Source of the DNA: Pseudovirgaria hyperparasitica | Taxonomy: Eukaryota | DNA length: 41,121 bases | Assembly (NCBI GenBank): GCA_010093815.1 | Contig: ML996585.1 | Reading direction: 5' to 3' (one strand) | In this document: positions 11,441-23,761 of the stretch, piece by piece | How the letters are laid out: the number at the start of each line of letters is the position of its first letter | Numbering within the stretch: position 1 is the first letter of the stretch | Position numbers and translations under genes: made by a program | The notes under the pieces: generated by a model | What the model was told of the DNA's origin: nothing | What the model saw: only the letters and a program-made list of their open reading frames with translations | The model's database searches: none

Positions 11441-12970
11441 ATGGATACTAATGCGCTTATCGATCTCGTCTATAAGGTGTAGGGCCAACTTTAGATCGAC
11501 TAGATAAACGAGACCTATAGAATGGTCCGTCTCTATTAGTGGGTTTTAACTTTCTATCCTAATAAGCTTCCCTATTAACTTAACGGTACCTTTTACCATA
11601 GTGCATTTAATACCGGTATAAAGATAGTCTTTAGCGATAACACTACCTAGATAGTTCGTTTTCCTCGTGTAGGGATAGTCTATAACGACTACGCTAACGA
11701 GAAGGTTACTAAGAAGGTAACGGCCCTTAATCTTATATATAATAAGACTAAAGTTCCCGTCCTAAGAGTCTAGGCGTAGGGCCCCGCTACCTGCAATCTA
11801 CTTAGTCTAGGTCCGTTTATTATGATAGACTTTATTAACGGTATAAGCGTTAGTAACCTTCTTAAGAATCCTAACGCCGAGCGCCCTACTAGACTTATAA
11901 GGGAGAACATTAGCGATAGTAACATTGAAGTTATCTATAGATAGTTGGCGAATTTTCTACTTTAGCTCTTTGAGCTCGATTTCGACCGGATCGGTAGCCT
12001 ACTATCGCTAACGGCTAAAGCCTAAAGCTCTACACCGACACGCCCGCTAACATTTAAAGTACATAGTATTCTATAAGATAGAGGAGTTGATACCTTCGGT
12101 ATACTTATTACTTTCCTTTTCTCTTCTCTTCCCTAATACTCTAATTAAGTATATAAACTAAGTAAATGATTTATAGATAACCGATGCCAGGGGTTTATAA
12201 CAACGACCGAGTATTTTCAATATGTTATCGGGTAGGACTAGGAGCAGCTCGTTCACTAGCCAAACTCTGTTTTTGGTTTATATAACGCGAAAAACAAGTA
12301 TATAGCGTTTAAGGCCCTAAAAGCCCTAATACCTAAGTTAGTAAACGCGAAGTATAACTACTATAAGTTTAAGCTAATATACGACGATCTTAGCTTAGTA
12401 AATTTAATTATCTAAAGTAGAGAAGATCTTACCGTCGTTGGAGTAGTGGACCTCGAGTAGTTATATATTGGACCCGCCCAGCTATTTGGCTTAGTACCAT
12501 GGTAGCTTCTCTAAGATAGACCCGTTAATAGCGCGTGGGACTACGAGGGCGATAAGCCGCCTAAGATCGCTACCTGGTACTTTAAGTACCTAGAGATGTT
12601 TATCCGTATCTTGTAGGAGGAGGAGAAAAAAATACTAGGGCATAAAGAGAGAGAGCTCTCTAGTCTCGTTAAGTAGTCGTAAGCCTCTAGGGCCATGTAG
12701 CTATATATACTTCTCTTATCCGGCTTTAACGACTATCGTAGCTTTCCTTTTATATAGCTACGCTAGCATTTAGGGGCTACTAAGTGGGCGAAGCGTAAGG
12801 AGGAATGTAATAACCTAGAAAAGCTTAAGGCATTCGCGGCGCAAAAGGTTAGAGAGTTAGATAAGTATAATAAAGCCTTAGAGAAGAGGGAGGGGGATAA
12901 AGTACTCGTGGATAGCGGGAAGATGATAAAGGAGGTATTCATTATAAACGCTCTGTACTATAGTGCGTAA
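11441..12970 (+). pseudogene. APH-family (aminoglycoside/choline phosphotransferase, kinase-like) gene, RIP-inactivated
   Basis: ATG at 11441, intron 12099-12176, TAA at 12970, one continuous frame with RIP stops. Motifs: SAFN..IKIVF.D...*IVRFP, KVPVLRV*A*G, LGPFIMIDFING, LIYDDLSLVNLII (HGDL..N-like), VVDLE*. Confidence 0.88.
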
Positions 12971-13089
12971 CCCTGTGCTTTATAAGTGGAGGTTCGTCAT
13001 CGTTATTTGTAAGTTAGGTTTCCACGGTCTATAAGGTAGCTTAGTAATCGTTGGGGGCTTCTATCCTAAACCTACGCTAGCTAGAATAG

Positions 13090-13577
13090 TAAGCTATAGA
13101 ACTATAGTATATAGTAAAGTAGACTAAGAGTATAGATACTCTAATACTACTACTACTAATATCTTCTCTATAATACTAGAAGATAATATATTCTATAAAC
13201 CTAGAGAAAATAAAGATCTTAAATAAGATTATATTCTCTTCTCTAGAACTAGTAGATCTATTAGATATTAATAATATTAAATATCTAGATATAATTAATA
13301 TTCTCTAGAAGGTTACTAAAGAAGATATATTTAATACTATTAAGATACTACTAAATAATAAAGTATCTAGACTAGATAGAATACTAAATAGAGATATTAA
13401 GGATACTATATAAGCTACTCTACTACTTATTAGTTATATATTTTAAATATATATTAAGAATAAATATTATCTCTAAAGCTTCTAAGCTATCTATATTATT
13501 ATATTATTAAAGCTAGAGAAGAATTCTAGGTCTCTAAAAGAATAGAGACTAATTACTTTTCTTTTCTATCTTAGTAA
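13090..13577 (+). mobile_element. Tad1-like LINE fragment D (ORF2 linker and RT start), cut by an LTR insertion
   Basis: Matches copy A ~4110-4595; contains NKVSRLDRI (de-RIP NKAPGLDGI). Confidence 0.85.
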
Positions 13578-13807
13578 TATAAGAAGAGATAGGTATAGAT
13601 ATATATATAATATTCCTTAGATAAGGAATATATACTTAAATAGAGTTATATAATAGAATCTAGCTATAATAGACTATTATATAATAAATAGATTAGTAGA
13701 GTATAGCTTAAAGATAATAAGAATATAGTATAATTCTTAAAGTAAAGACTAGATAGAGAGAGAACTAAATATATAGAGAGACCGCTCCTTATATATTCCT
13801 CCTTATA
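13578..13807 (-). repeat. LTR, copy 1 of 3
   Basis: Near-identical to 22856-23067 and 40893-41121. Confidence 0.9.
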
Positions 13808-13949
13808 TATTCTAGATTCTTCTCTCTATTAATAATAGAAATCTTCTAGACCTCTAGACGTACGTATATATTCTATAGCTCTAGTAGTCTCCTTAGAATA
13901 GAATAGAGTAGAGTAGAACTCTACTTAGACTCTCTAGAGTAAGAGTCTA

Positions 13950-15862
13950 TATATAGAGAACTAAGTGAAAATGAATTAGAAGAAGACGAAAATTACATAG
14001 ATAATGAGTCTATATATAATTTAAATACTCCTAAAATTACAGCCGAGTCGGGTGATAATTATAGTTAGAATTAATTTATAAATACTAGAGAAAATTAACC
14101 TAGACTCTCTAGAGGGTCTAGAGACTCTAGATAATAACCTAGATAGTCTATAGACTCTATTAATTCATATTTAGAAGAGGAATTAGCTTATACTAATAAT
14201 AGTAATATTAGTTCTAATACTATGTGTTATTATACTTATAATAGTCTATTTGAATTTAGTACTTATAATATATCCTTAGATATTATAGAGCCTAAATTAT
14301 ATAAACAAGCTATAAAAAGTACACATGCTATAGAATGGAAAAATACTACTATTAAGGAGTATAATAACTTATTAAGTTAAAATACATAGGATTTAGTAGA
14401 TAAACCTAAGAATAGTTCTACTAATATAATCTCTAGTAGATGGGTATTTAAAATTAAATTAAACCTAGATAATACCATTAATAAGTATAAAGCTAGATAG
14501 GTAGCTAGAGGTTTTCTATAAAAATATAGAATAGATTACGTAGAAACTTTTACTTATACTACAAGACCTATAGTAATTCGTTTATTACTACTTATAGGCG
14601 GGTTATATAACCTTAAAATACATTAATAGGACTTTAAATTAGCTTTTCCTAATACTAAATTAAAGGAAACTATATATATATACTAGCTAGAGGGGTTTAT
14701 AGACTCTAATTACCCTAATAGAGTCTATAAATTAAATAGAGCTTTATATAGACTTAAATAATTAGCTAGAGAGTGGTAAGACCTACTTAAGGATATATTA
14801 ATATCCTTAAAGTTCACTTAAATTATAGCTAAAAATGTAGTCTATATTAGAGATAATCTAATTATTTCAGCCTATATAGACGATATATTAGTTTTTATAC
14901 CTAATACTAAAGATATAGATAACTTCTATTTAGAGATAACTAAGTACTCTAAATTAGATATATCTAATCTAGGGTAAGCTAAATATTACCTAGGAATAGA
15001 AATAAAGAGAGATAGAACTAAAGGTTCTATTATATTATCTTAATCTTCTTTTATTAAGAACTTATTAATTAAGTTTAATAAAGAGAATATAAAGCCATCT
15101 AAAATACCTTTATCTCTAGGTGTTAAATTAGATAAAAACCCCTTATAAGCTAAATTAAAAGATATTAGATAATTCTAAAGGGAAATTAGTTCTCTTATCT
15201 ATTTAACTAGTCTAACTAGATGTAACCTAAAATATCTAGTAGGCTATCTAGCTAGATTTATATCTAATCTAAGTCTAGAATACTTTAAGGCCTTAAATAA
15301 GCTATAGTAATATATATTATTTTCTAAGGATTTAGAAATGGAGCTCTATATTAATAAAGACTCTAAATCTAATAATATAATAGCTAAAGGTTATATAGAC
15401 TTAGATTGGGGGGGGGATATATCTAGAAAAAGTACTACTAGATATATATTCCTTATAGAGAATAACCCTATCTCCTAGGATTTAAAATTATAAAAAACTA
15501 TAGTACTTAGTTTCTATAAGGCTAAATATATGGCCCTTAAGGAAGTAACTAAAGAATTATTATATATTAAGTCTCTTATTACTTAAATTCCTATATTAAA
15601 TAATATAGAGATTAAGGACTTATATATAGATAATTAATTAGCTATAGAAATTATAAAGAATCCAGCCTATTATGCTAGAACTAAGTATATAGACATTTAA
15701 TACCATTTTATTAGAGATAATTACCTAAGGAAGGTAATTAATCTAATATATATGTATACTAAGAACTAAATAGTAGATAGTCTAACTAAGGCAGTTAACT
15801 ACTCTATATAGAAGTATTTTATAGACTCTATTAATTTAATTAATAGAGCTAAAAACCTATAA
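13950..15862 (+). pseudogene. pol: Ty1/copia pol fragment (RT and RNase H), 5'-truncated
   Basis: EPKLYKQAI, SRWVFKIK, YKAR*VARGF, ALYRLK*LAREW, SAYIDDIL (~14867-14890), GYIDLDWGG, RTKYIDI*YHFIRD, IVDSLTK. Its PPT (ATTAAGGGGGTA, 21203-21214) and probable LTR start lie beyond LINE C. Confidence 0.93.
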
Positions 15863-15883
15863 AAATAAAAAATAGTATATAAG

Positions 15884-15900
<17 letters not shown>

Positions 15901-15923
<23 letters not shown>

Positions 15924-18900
15924 TTGTATAACTAGGTAGAGTAGTACTCTATAGGCCTATGCCTCCTCTAGTCTAAGCCACTATGTAAGAAGAAACCCCA
16001 TAGGGAAAAACTTCCTTATGTCTATAACTACATCTCGTTAAACCTCTGTTTCGTCTTAAGTATATAGCCATAGGGTACACCTATTAGCCTATAGCCTATA
16101 TTACCGTTATTTTACCCTTAGGTAGCACGTGTAGGTGCGGAGGTTATTAGTTAAGGGCTGCCCTTAACTAATAATCGGGGTTCTCCTAGGGTTCTTCCGG
16201 TATATGTCGGGTTACTACTAGCGTATACCGGGTCTCTTCCGGCATATATTTCCGGGTCTACTAGTACTAGAGGAGTAGTAGATATATAAGTATCTATTAG
16301 GAGACGTCCTTAGAGTACTTATTAAGCTATTATACGACATCTAAAGTCTTCATAACGTGGATAAGCCATTACCGTTATATATAGAGGTTAGGGCATATAG
16401 CTAGATAGTAGCGTATTATACCTCTCCGGCCGCACGTCTTATACTATAGGGAGGTATCGGGAACGCCTCTCTTATAGATATAGTATAGAAGTTCTATGGC
16501 GCCCGTTCGGGCTTAGATAAGTATAGATGCTTAGGCTTTCGTTAGCCCTTTATATATCTATTTACTCGGTTCCTTCTATGGCCCTCGAATCTACTCTAGG
16601 TACCTATCCTACTAGAAGGTCTAGTAGGCACGGAGTGTCTCTTTCTACTTATCTTAAGTCCACGACCGTATATTTTTCACGAGTTCTTAAAGGCTCTACC
16701 GGTCTAGGAGAGCGTCCGGGTTATCTCGGACTTCTTATACTACTTAACTAGAGTCGGCTTCTATTAAGTACCTATACTATATTCGATTCCGGCCTATATA
16801 TAGGAGTACGCGGTAATATATACTAATTCGTGCACGTAGCGCGGCGAAAGTATATTCTGCGTTTTCTATACGTTCCTATACTTATTATTTAGTGAAGTAT
16901 ACTACCCTCTATATCTAGTAGAAGTTATATATACTTATGACGTCTATCTCGCGTCGTAGTAGTACCGTGTTAATAGCTTTATATACGCCTAATATAAGAC
17001 GGAGTATGCGGTTCTATATAGATTCGAGCTTTATTCGCCTAGTCTATATAAGGGCTATATACTAGTACTCGTGTCCGTACGTGAAGGCGGGTCGTGCTAT
17101 AGATATATATAGCTAGCGTGCCTTATCCCGGGCGGTTCCCTACGTGGAGGCTATAATCCGTTATATAGCGGCTTCTACCTAGAGGGCCCTAGAGATAGCG
17201 TATACCACTTATGGTCCCTATTTAAGCTTACTATCTAGTATAACTCCGAGCGCGCGTATGCTTTATACTAGTAGTTCGTTAAATGCGTCGATTCGGGGGC
17301 GTTATTCGCCTTCCCTAGTTGCCTATTTCCCTTAATGATTAATAAAGTACATAAGCTGGTATTTCTCCGGGGCGAACTTTACTCTATAGCGTTTTACCTA
17401 CTAGAGGCACCTCTTATAGTCCTGTTCTAGTCGTCTACACGTTCGGTTGGTATTATTATCGATGGCTAGGAGGTATATATTATCGGCGTATCCGACTACC
17501 TCTATATACTTTATTCCTTAAAGAAGGTCTACTATAAAGAAGAGGAATAGAATCGGAGAGATGGTACTCCCTTATAGGATGCTGCATACCGTCTCTTTAT
17601 ATTCGCTCTAGTACCTAGGGATATATATCTAAGTTATTCTTCCTATAAGGAATGACTATATAAAGCGTATAATCTATTCTAGTATTCGTCTTATCCGGAG
17701 ATTATAAATAAGTCTTATGTGGTTTACCTTATTAAACGCTCTGGCCATATCGAGGGAGAGGAGCGATACTACCCGTCCCTATTTCTATGCGGCCTAGACG
17801 ACTTTAATAATATATTAGATAGCTATTATTAGGGAGCTATCTACCTTTGCCTTCTGGTTCGGAGGGAGGAGATTATATTCCTATACCGCGGTACTTATCT
17901 TCTTCGCTATCGTAGCCTCTAGTATCTTACCTAGGTAGAAGAGAAGGGCGATTAGTCTCTATCCCTTTAGGGAGTTAGGGCTCTTTCCTAGTTTTAGGAG
18001 TATAATAGTATAGGCGACTCGGAAGCTCTAGGGGTGGTACCCCTACGTAACGTATACTTAGAATATATAAGTAATAAGCGGTAGGGTCGCTTTTATAGTA
18101 CTTTTTAGGCATTAATTTAGAATTCCATCTAGTCCGGGTGCTTTATTATTTAGGAGTATCTTAATAATATTAAGTATATCCTCCTCCGTAACTTCTTCGG
18201 GGATATCTACCGTATATAGATATTCGGCGCCGTGAACGTCTAATAGGTCTACTAGTTCCGGGAGAGGGAACATGGCCTCCTATAGAGCCTTAGTTTTCTT
18301 AAGGCTCGTGGAGTATATTCTCCCCTAATATATTAGGGGAGGCATAAGTAGCGGGGGTGTCGGAGTATCTACGCCCTTGGCCCATTTCGCTATGCGCCAT
18401 AGCCCTATTACGTATCATGTCTATTAACTAGTAATTATATACTACTATTTACGCCTTTCGTTATAGAAGACTTTATCGTGTTATCGTATCGCTTTCTTCT
18501 ATTCTTCCTATAACTCGGGTGTTCTCGTATAGTATACGCGTATATATAGCCTTCGGGCGTCTTATCTACTTTCCTATACTTAAGGAATCCCCTTTACTTC
18601 CAGGGGCCGGTATATTTAGTATAGTACGTGTTTATTTCTTATATTCTAATATATTTATAGGAGTGTCTATACGGCCTGGTCTATGGCTAGGTTGTTAGAT
18701 ATATCGACTATAGAGGGATCTAGGATTGCCGATTCTAGGTCCTTTAGATACTTTTCCTAGTTAGTATCCTTCTATATCTATTATCCCTGTTATTTATTCG
18801 GGGTATATACGTTTATTACGGTTTCTATATATTCGTAGTCGGAATCCGTCTATACCTAGCCTAGGTAGTAGTATTGGATCCGGTAACTAATATGCTCCGT

Positions 18901-21181
18901 AGCGAAGGTAAGGTTAAGCGTGGACCCGTCTTTATCCTATTTATATTTTTTCTATATAACTTATTCTATAGGTGTAAGTAGATATAGGAAGTCGTGGTAG
19001 CGGGTACGTAGTTCCCTTACTCTAAGTTCTTCCCTAACTATGGCTAGGCCTCTCTACCATCGGTAGTAGAGGTTAAAGTCTCCTAGGAGGATGTGTTACC
19101 CTGGTTCCATAGTACCCTCGAGTATCTCGTCTAGTATAAGTATACGTTATTAGTTATATATGTTATATATATATAGGGGGCCTATATCTATTTATAGGTG
19201 TAGTATTATCCTAAGGTTATCGCGCTCGGTATACAACCATAATAAGAGTAGTATTAACCTATAAATATAGAAGAGGACTCGTCTTTCTAGTCCTAGAGGG
19301 TATATAGTGTGGTATCCGGGGTGTATGGTTAGTTTACTCGTCTGGTAGTGTTTATAGGGTTCCTAGATAGCGAGTATTATGGCCCCGGTCTCTTCGAGGA
19401 GCGTCACCTAGTTCTCTCTTTTATATTATATATTTACCTATATAATTTAGAGTATATTCTAGTCCCTTATTAGGTACTAGAGAGTATATATACCTATATA
19501 CTTATTCCTTAGAGGCGCGACTATCCTCGCGCGGTAGCGGCTTTAACTATGCCTTTTAGTCATCCTATCGTCTTCGGAATAGTCTACTATCCTACCTAAC
19601 TATCTTCCGGAGGGGAGGTTAGGGGTATTATAAAGGAAGGGCTCGTGGTAGATATTATATTCTATAACTATCTTACGCCTGTCGCTTTTATCGTATAAAT
19701 GTATTCTATAACCTATTTACGTTTTATACACGTTAACGACTATAACGGGTGTTTCCCGTCGTAGTTTAAATACTATACTATATCCCTATTTCTTAGTCTA
19801 TCTCCTCGCGGTTTATAAGGGCACTTCTAGATGGCGTGGTCTCCACGGTACTATCCGCACTTAGTCTTCTATAAGTACCTTTATATAGTATGTCTATACC
19901 CTTAATAGTTAAAGCACTATATTATTACCTATACTCTATTCTATGGCTCGGCCATAAGGAGCTCTCCTTCTATTAGGAATCCCTTCTATATAATATGTTA
20001 TACGAGGGCGGGGTCTCGGAGCTCTATAATTATAGTAGAGTGTTTTTTCGCCGTCGTCTTAATCGCCTATAGGTTCTTCTACCACGCTTTCATAATCTTA
20101 ATCCCTAGGTATTTTCGCGCGTTGGATTATTCTATACGCGTAATATCCTCCGCTCTAATAGCCTATCCCCGCACGGGTACTATATATACTATAATTAGGT
20201 ATATGGCTGCCCTAATAGACGCGCTAGGGAAGATACTACCTATCGCGTTCGGATCTCGCGAGATGTTTTACTATATAGTATTCGTTATAGTAGTAAGTAC
20301 TATCCCACCTAGTATAACTTTAGTAGCCACGACGCTTAACTACATTCCTTTCTATTCGTTAATCTTATTTATAATTTCCTTTAGGGATACCTATTAGACC
20401 TACGCTAGCGTGTTCTTATCCTAGATTATAATACGTATACTATATACTCTATCTATGGTCCTAGTGGTCCTTAGTGCGGTAGCTCCGGGTATTACTATAA
20501 TCTAAGCCCACGTATTAGGGCGCTTACCTTAGGATAGCTCTTCCTAGATTCTCCGTAGGCTAGCTTCCATTCGGTTAAGCCTACTACTAGGTTCCTCTCG
20601 TGGCGACTTCCTTTCTTCCTCCGTGATTCCTCTTAGGTTCTAGATAAGGTCCCGGAATATATAAAGGAGGGTCTTCTTTCCCTTCTCGGCGTCCCTCTCT
20701 ACACGTATTACCTAGTATTTAATTTTATCTAGGAGGGTCTCCCCTCTCGGGGTCCCCTCGGTCTAGGTTATCTATAGCGCTTCGCACCCTTAGTTAGTTC
20801 CTATATTTTAGATAGGTGTCTGGCTGTCCACATTAATGTTACTATATGGCCGTTTCTACCATACTAGTGGGGGTATATCTAGCGTATACCGGGGTGTTAC
20901 GATGCCTAAGGCCGCCATGGTTATTAGTTAAGGGTAGCCCTTAACTAATAAAAGGGGGTCGGCGTATTAGTATTTATTAGATATGGTCTATGCTCGTGTT
21001 ATCGAAGAGTCTTCGAGCGTATATATATAGTATCTCTATACGTCGGTATCATCGCGTATTATACGCTATACGTACGCACGTGTATCGGAGGTTATTATAC
21101 TCGGTGTACTCTATCGTTTAATGTATATAAATCGCTGTTTTACCCCGAATTGACTAGTTTAGTCTATTGGGGTGTGAGAAG
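15901..21181 (-). mobile_element. Full-length Tad1-like LINE copy C (~5.3 kb), the least RIPed copy
   Basis: ORF1 ATG at 20918 with CCHC knuckles (~19700-19916). ORF2 ~19470-16240 has APE (ILAI*EPY, LGDFNL) and RT (NKAPGLDGI, VGYADNIYL); no RNase H recognised. (ATT)n tail at 15901-15924. (TA)n on both flanks is the probable TSD. Confidence 0.95.
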
Positions 21182-21349
21182 TTTTTATATATATATATAT
21201 AGATTAAGGGGGTATATAAGTTTTATATATATAATAACCTTATAATCTATTATATATATAATATATAAGTTATATAGAATAAGAGTCTAGCTCTACTCTA
21301 TTCTATTCTATAGAAGTATATTCTCTAGTATTCTATAGAAGAGTTCTAG

Positions 21350-21480
21350 TTCTACTCTACTCTAGAGCTATTCTAGCTCTACTCTACTCTAGAGCTATTC
21401 TAGCTCTACTCTACTCTAGAGCTATTCTATCTCTACTCTATTCTAGAGATAACTAAGCTCTATTCTACTCTAGAGACTAG
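21350..21480. repeat. 27-bp tandem repeat, ~5 copies (CTCTACTCTACTCTAGAGCTATTCTAG)
   Basis: Direct inspection; related CTAGAG-rich repeats occur at ~21980-22280. Confidence 0.8.
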
Positions 21481-22855
21481 ACTAGACTCTATAACTTCTT
21501 TAGAGACTATAGACTAGAAGAGTTATATTAATATAAGCTAGTACTAGCTTATATTAGATTAAGTAGGAATCGGAAGTATATAGATAGAGATAATATATTA
21601 GTTAATATATTAGTTCTTAGTATACTAAAATAGACTATTATAGATAATTTCGGATATTTATAGAATACTATTAGTATTTAGTATACTATTTAATATATAT
21701 TATCGATTCTTAATAATAACGCACGTAAATTATATATATATAGACCTTTCTATAGCTATAGATAGTCGTCTCTTTAAGCCTTTTAATTAAATATACTTTA
21801 TATACTATATATTATATCCCTTAGTCTTATTCATTCAAGATACCTTCTATACTATCTATTCTTCTAAGGGTATTATATATATCTATTCTATATATACCCT
21901 TTTAACTCTTATAATAATAATATAATAATTCTTTATATACTCTTAGACTTCTTAAAAGAAAGATATATATTTATTTCTACTCTAGTTCTAGAGGTATAGA
22001 CATTCTTCTAGAGTAGAAATAGAGATAACTCTAGAATAGAGATAAGCTAGAGTATAATAATCTCTATATTAGAGATATAGTAATATCTATAATATATATA
22101 GATATATATCTAGAGTATAAGTAGCTCTAGAATAACTATATAGACGTTTCTCTAGAGTAGAACTAGCTCTAGAGTAGAAGTAGACATTTCTCTAGAGTAG
22201 AACTAGCTCTAGAGTAGAGGTAAAATAACGTCTATAGATATATAACCTCTATATTAGAGGTATAATAACGTCTAGAGTAGCGATATAATATCCTCTAAAA
22301 TATAATAGATACTTATTTATCTATTTAATAGATCTATCTTCTCTAGAATACTTTTTATAGAGTTCTTCTAGAGTTTCCCTTTACTCTAGAAGTCTTATAT
22401 AATAGAATATATAAAGTAATAGTATAAACTATTTTTTATATATTATATCTATTATAATAAACTCTATAAAATAGATATTCTCGCTAGCTATAAGTATACT
22501 AGATAATTTTCTAAGGGTTCCAGGGCCTAGAAACTCTAAGTATACTATTCAAATATTATAGAGATAGAATATATCCCTATAATAAATAATAGAGTCCCCT
22601 TTAATATAATAATTAAAAGGTTCCCTTTATATATATATATAGATAGAGGTAAATATATATATATATAAAGGTCTAGAGTATATAGTAGGATAGAAGTTAT
22701 ACCTTAGATACTAGGTAATCTCTATTACTAGAGGCCTAGCTAGTAGGGACTATACGCTAGTAGATCTCTTTCTATTAAGATAACTTAATAGAGGTAAGCC
22801 GTATAATTTATAATAAATAGTTAAATATAAGCTATAAGCCTCTAGGCTTATAACC

Positions 22856-23067
22856 TATAAAAAGGGTAGATATAAATAGATATATAATATTCCTTAGATA
22901 AGGAATATATATCTAAATAGAGTTATATAATAGAATCTAGCTATAATAGACTATTATATAATAAATGGATTAGCGGAGTATAGCTTAAAGATAATAAGAA
23001 TATAGTATAATTCTTAAAGTAAAGACTAGATAGAGAGATAACTAAATATATAGAGAGACCGTTCCTT
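22856..23067 (-). repeat. LTR, copy 2 (5' LTR), truncated at 23067
   Basis: Matches the other copies up to CCGTTCCTT, then switches to CATTAGG instead of ATATATTCCTCCTTATA. Confidence 0.9.
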
Positions 23068-23101
23068 CATTAGGAAAGATACGGCGCTCCTAATGCTTCT
23101 A

Positions 23102-23280
23102 GGTATCCCGGTACTTCTAAAGTTATCCTAAATGGGTCCTAGTACTTCTAGAGTTATCCTAATCCTCCCGGAGTTATCCCGGTCCTTCTAGAGTTGTCCT
23201 AGTTCTTCTAGAGTCGTCCTAGTCCTTCTAGAGTCGTCCTAGTTCTTCTAGAGCTATTCTAGTTCTTTTAGAATTATTCT
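23102..23280. repeat. 20-bp tandem array, ~8-9 copies (GTCGTCCTAGTCCTTCTAGA-like)
   Basis: Direct inspection; head-to-tail units with no spacers. Confidence 0.85.
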
Positions 23281-23304
23281 ATTAAATATTAAGAAAACGT
23301 TTAA

Positions 23305-23615
23305 TTCTATTATATACTAGTATATATAGTAACATTCTACTATATACCGGCGTAGTATAGTAATACTACTTTATATTATAACTATACTTCGAGTATCTAG
23401 GAATATTCTATAATATACCGGTGTATAGTATATTAGAATATCCCGTTATATACCGGTATATATAGTAACGTTCTACTATATACCGGTATATAATTATAAT
23501 ACTACTTTATACTACGACTATACTTTAAGTATCTAGGAATATTCTATAATATACCGGCGTATATCGGAATATTCTATTATATACTAGCATATATAGTAAC
23601 GTTCTACTATATAAT
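23305..23615. repeat. ~130-137-bp tandem repeat, ~2.3 copies, containing TATACCGG sub-repeats
   Basis: The motif TATATAGTAAC(G/A)TTCTACTATATA recurs at ~23322, ~23459 and ~23590. Confidence 0.8.
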
Positions 23616-23761
23616 AGTATAGAATAAATATCTTATTTCTCTTTATATATAGATATATATAGATATATAATTATAAGTAAACAGCGGTTTATATTTATAC
23701 TACTATACTATATAGTCTCTTAGAAGCTAATTAACTAACTACCTTACTTACTTCTATACTA

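Larger units (their letters stand above)
13578..23067 (-). mobile_element. Non-autonomous copia-type LTR element (~230-bp LTRs, ~1.7-kb non-coding interior) carrying nested insertions
   Basis: Direct LTRs at 13578-13807 and 22856-23067 (the latter lacks ~17 bp). Minus-strand PBS GGTTATAAGCCTAG at 22855-22842 resembles the half-tRNA-iMet PBS of copia/Ty5 (GGTTATGRGCCC). Interior = 13808-13949 plus ~21276-22855. Confidence 0.72.

Noticed and set aside
16040..16174. Hammerhead ribozyme in the LINE 3' UTR (CTAATAA could be RIPed CTGATGA, with GAAAC downstream)
   Set aside because: I could not build stems II and III in the required order.
16527..20397. Supplied plus-strand ORFs 16527-16751 and 20122-20397
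   Set aside because: Antisense shadows of LINE C ORF2 and ORF1.
23060..23100. Assigning the helicase block to Starship or canonical Helitron
   Set aside because: No DUF3435 captain, TTAC-type direct repeat, Rep/Pif1 gene or CTRR end is visible in the window, so it is left unassigned.
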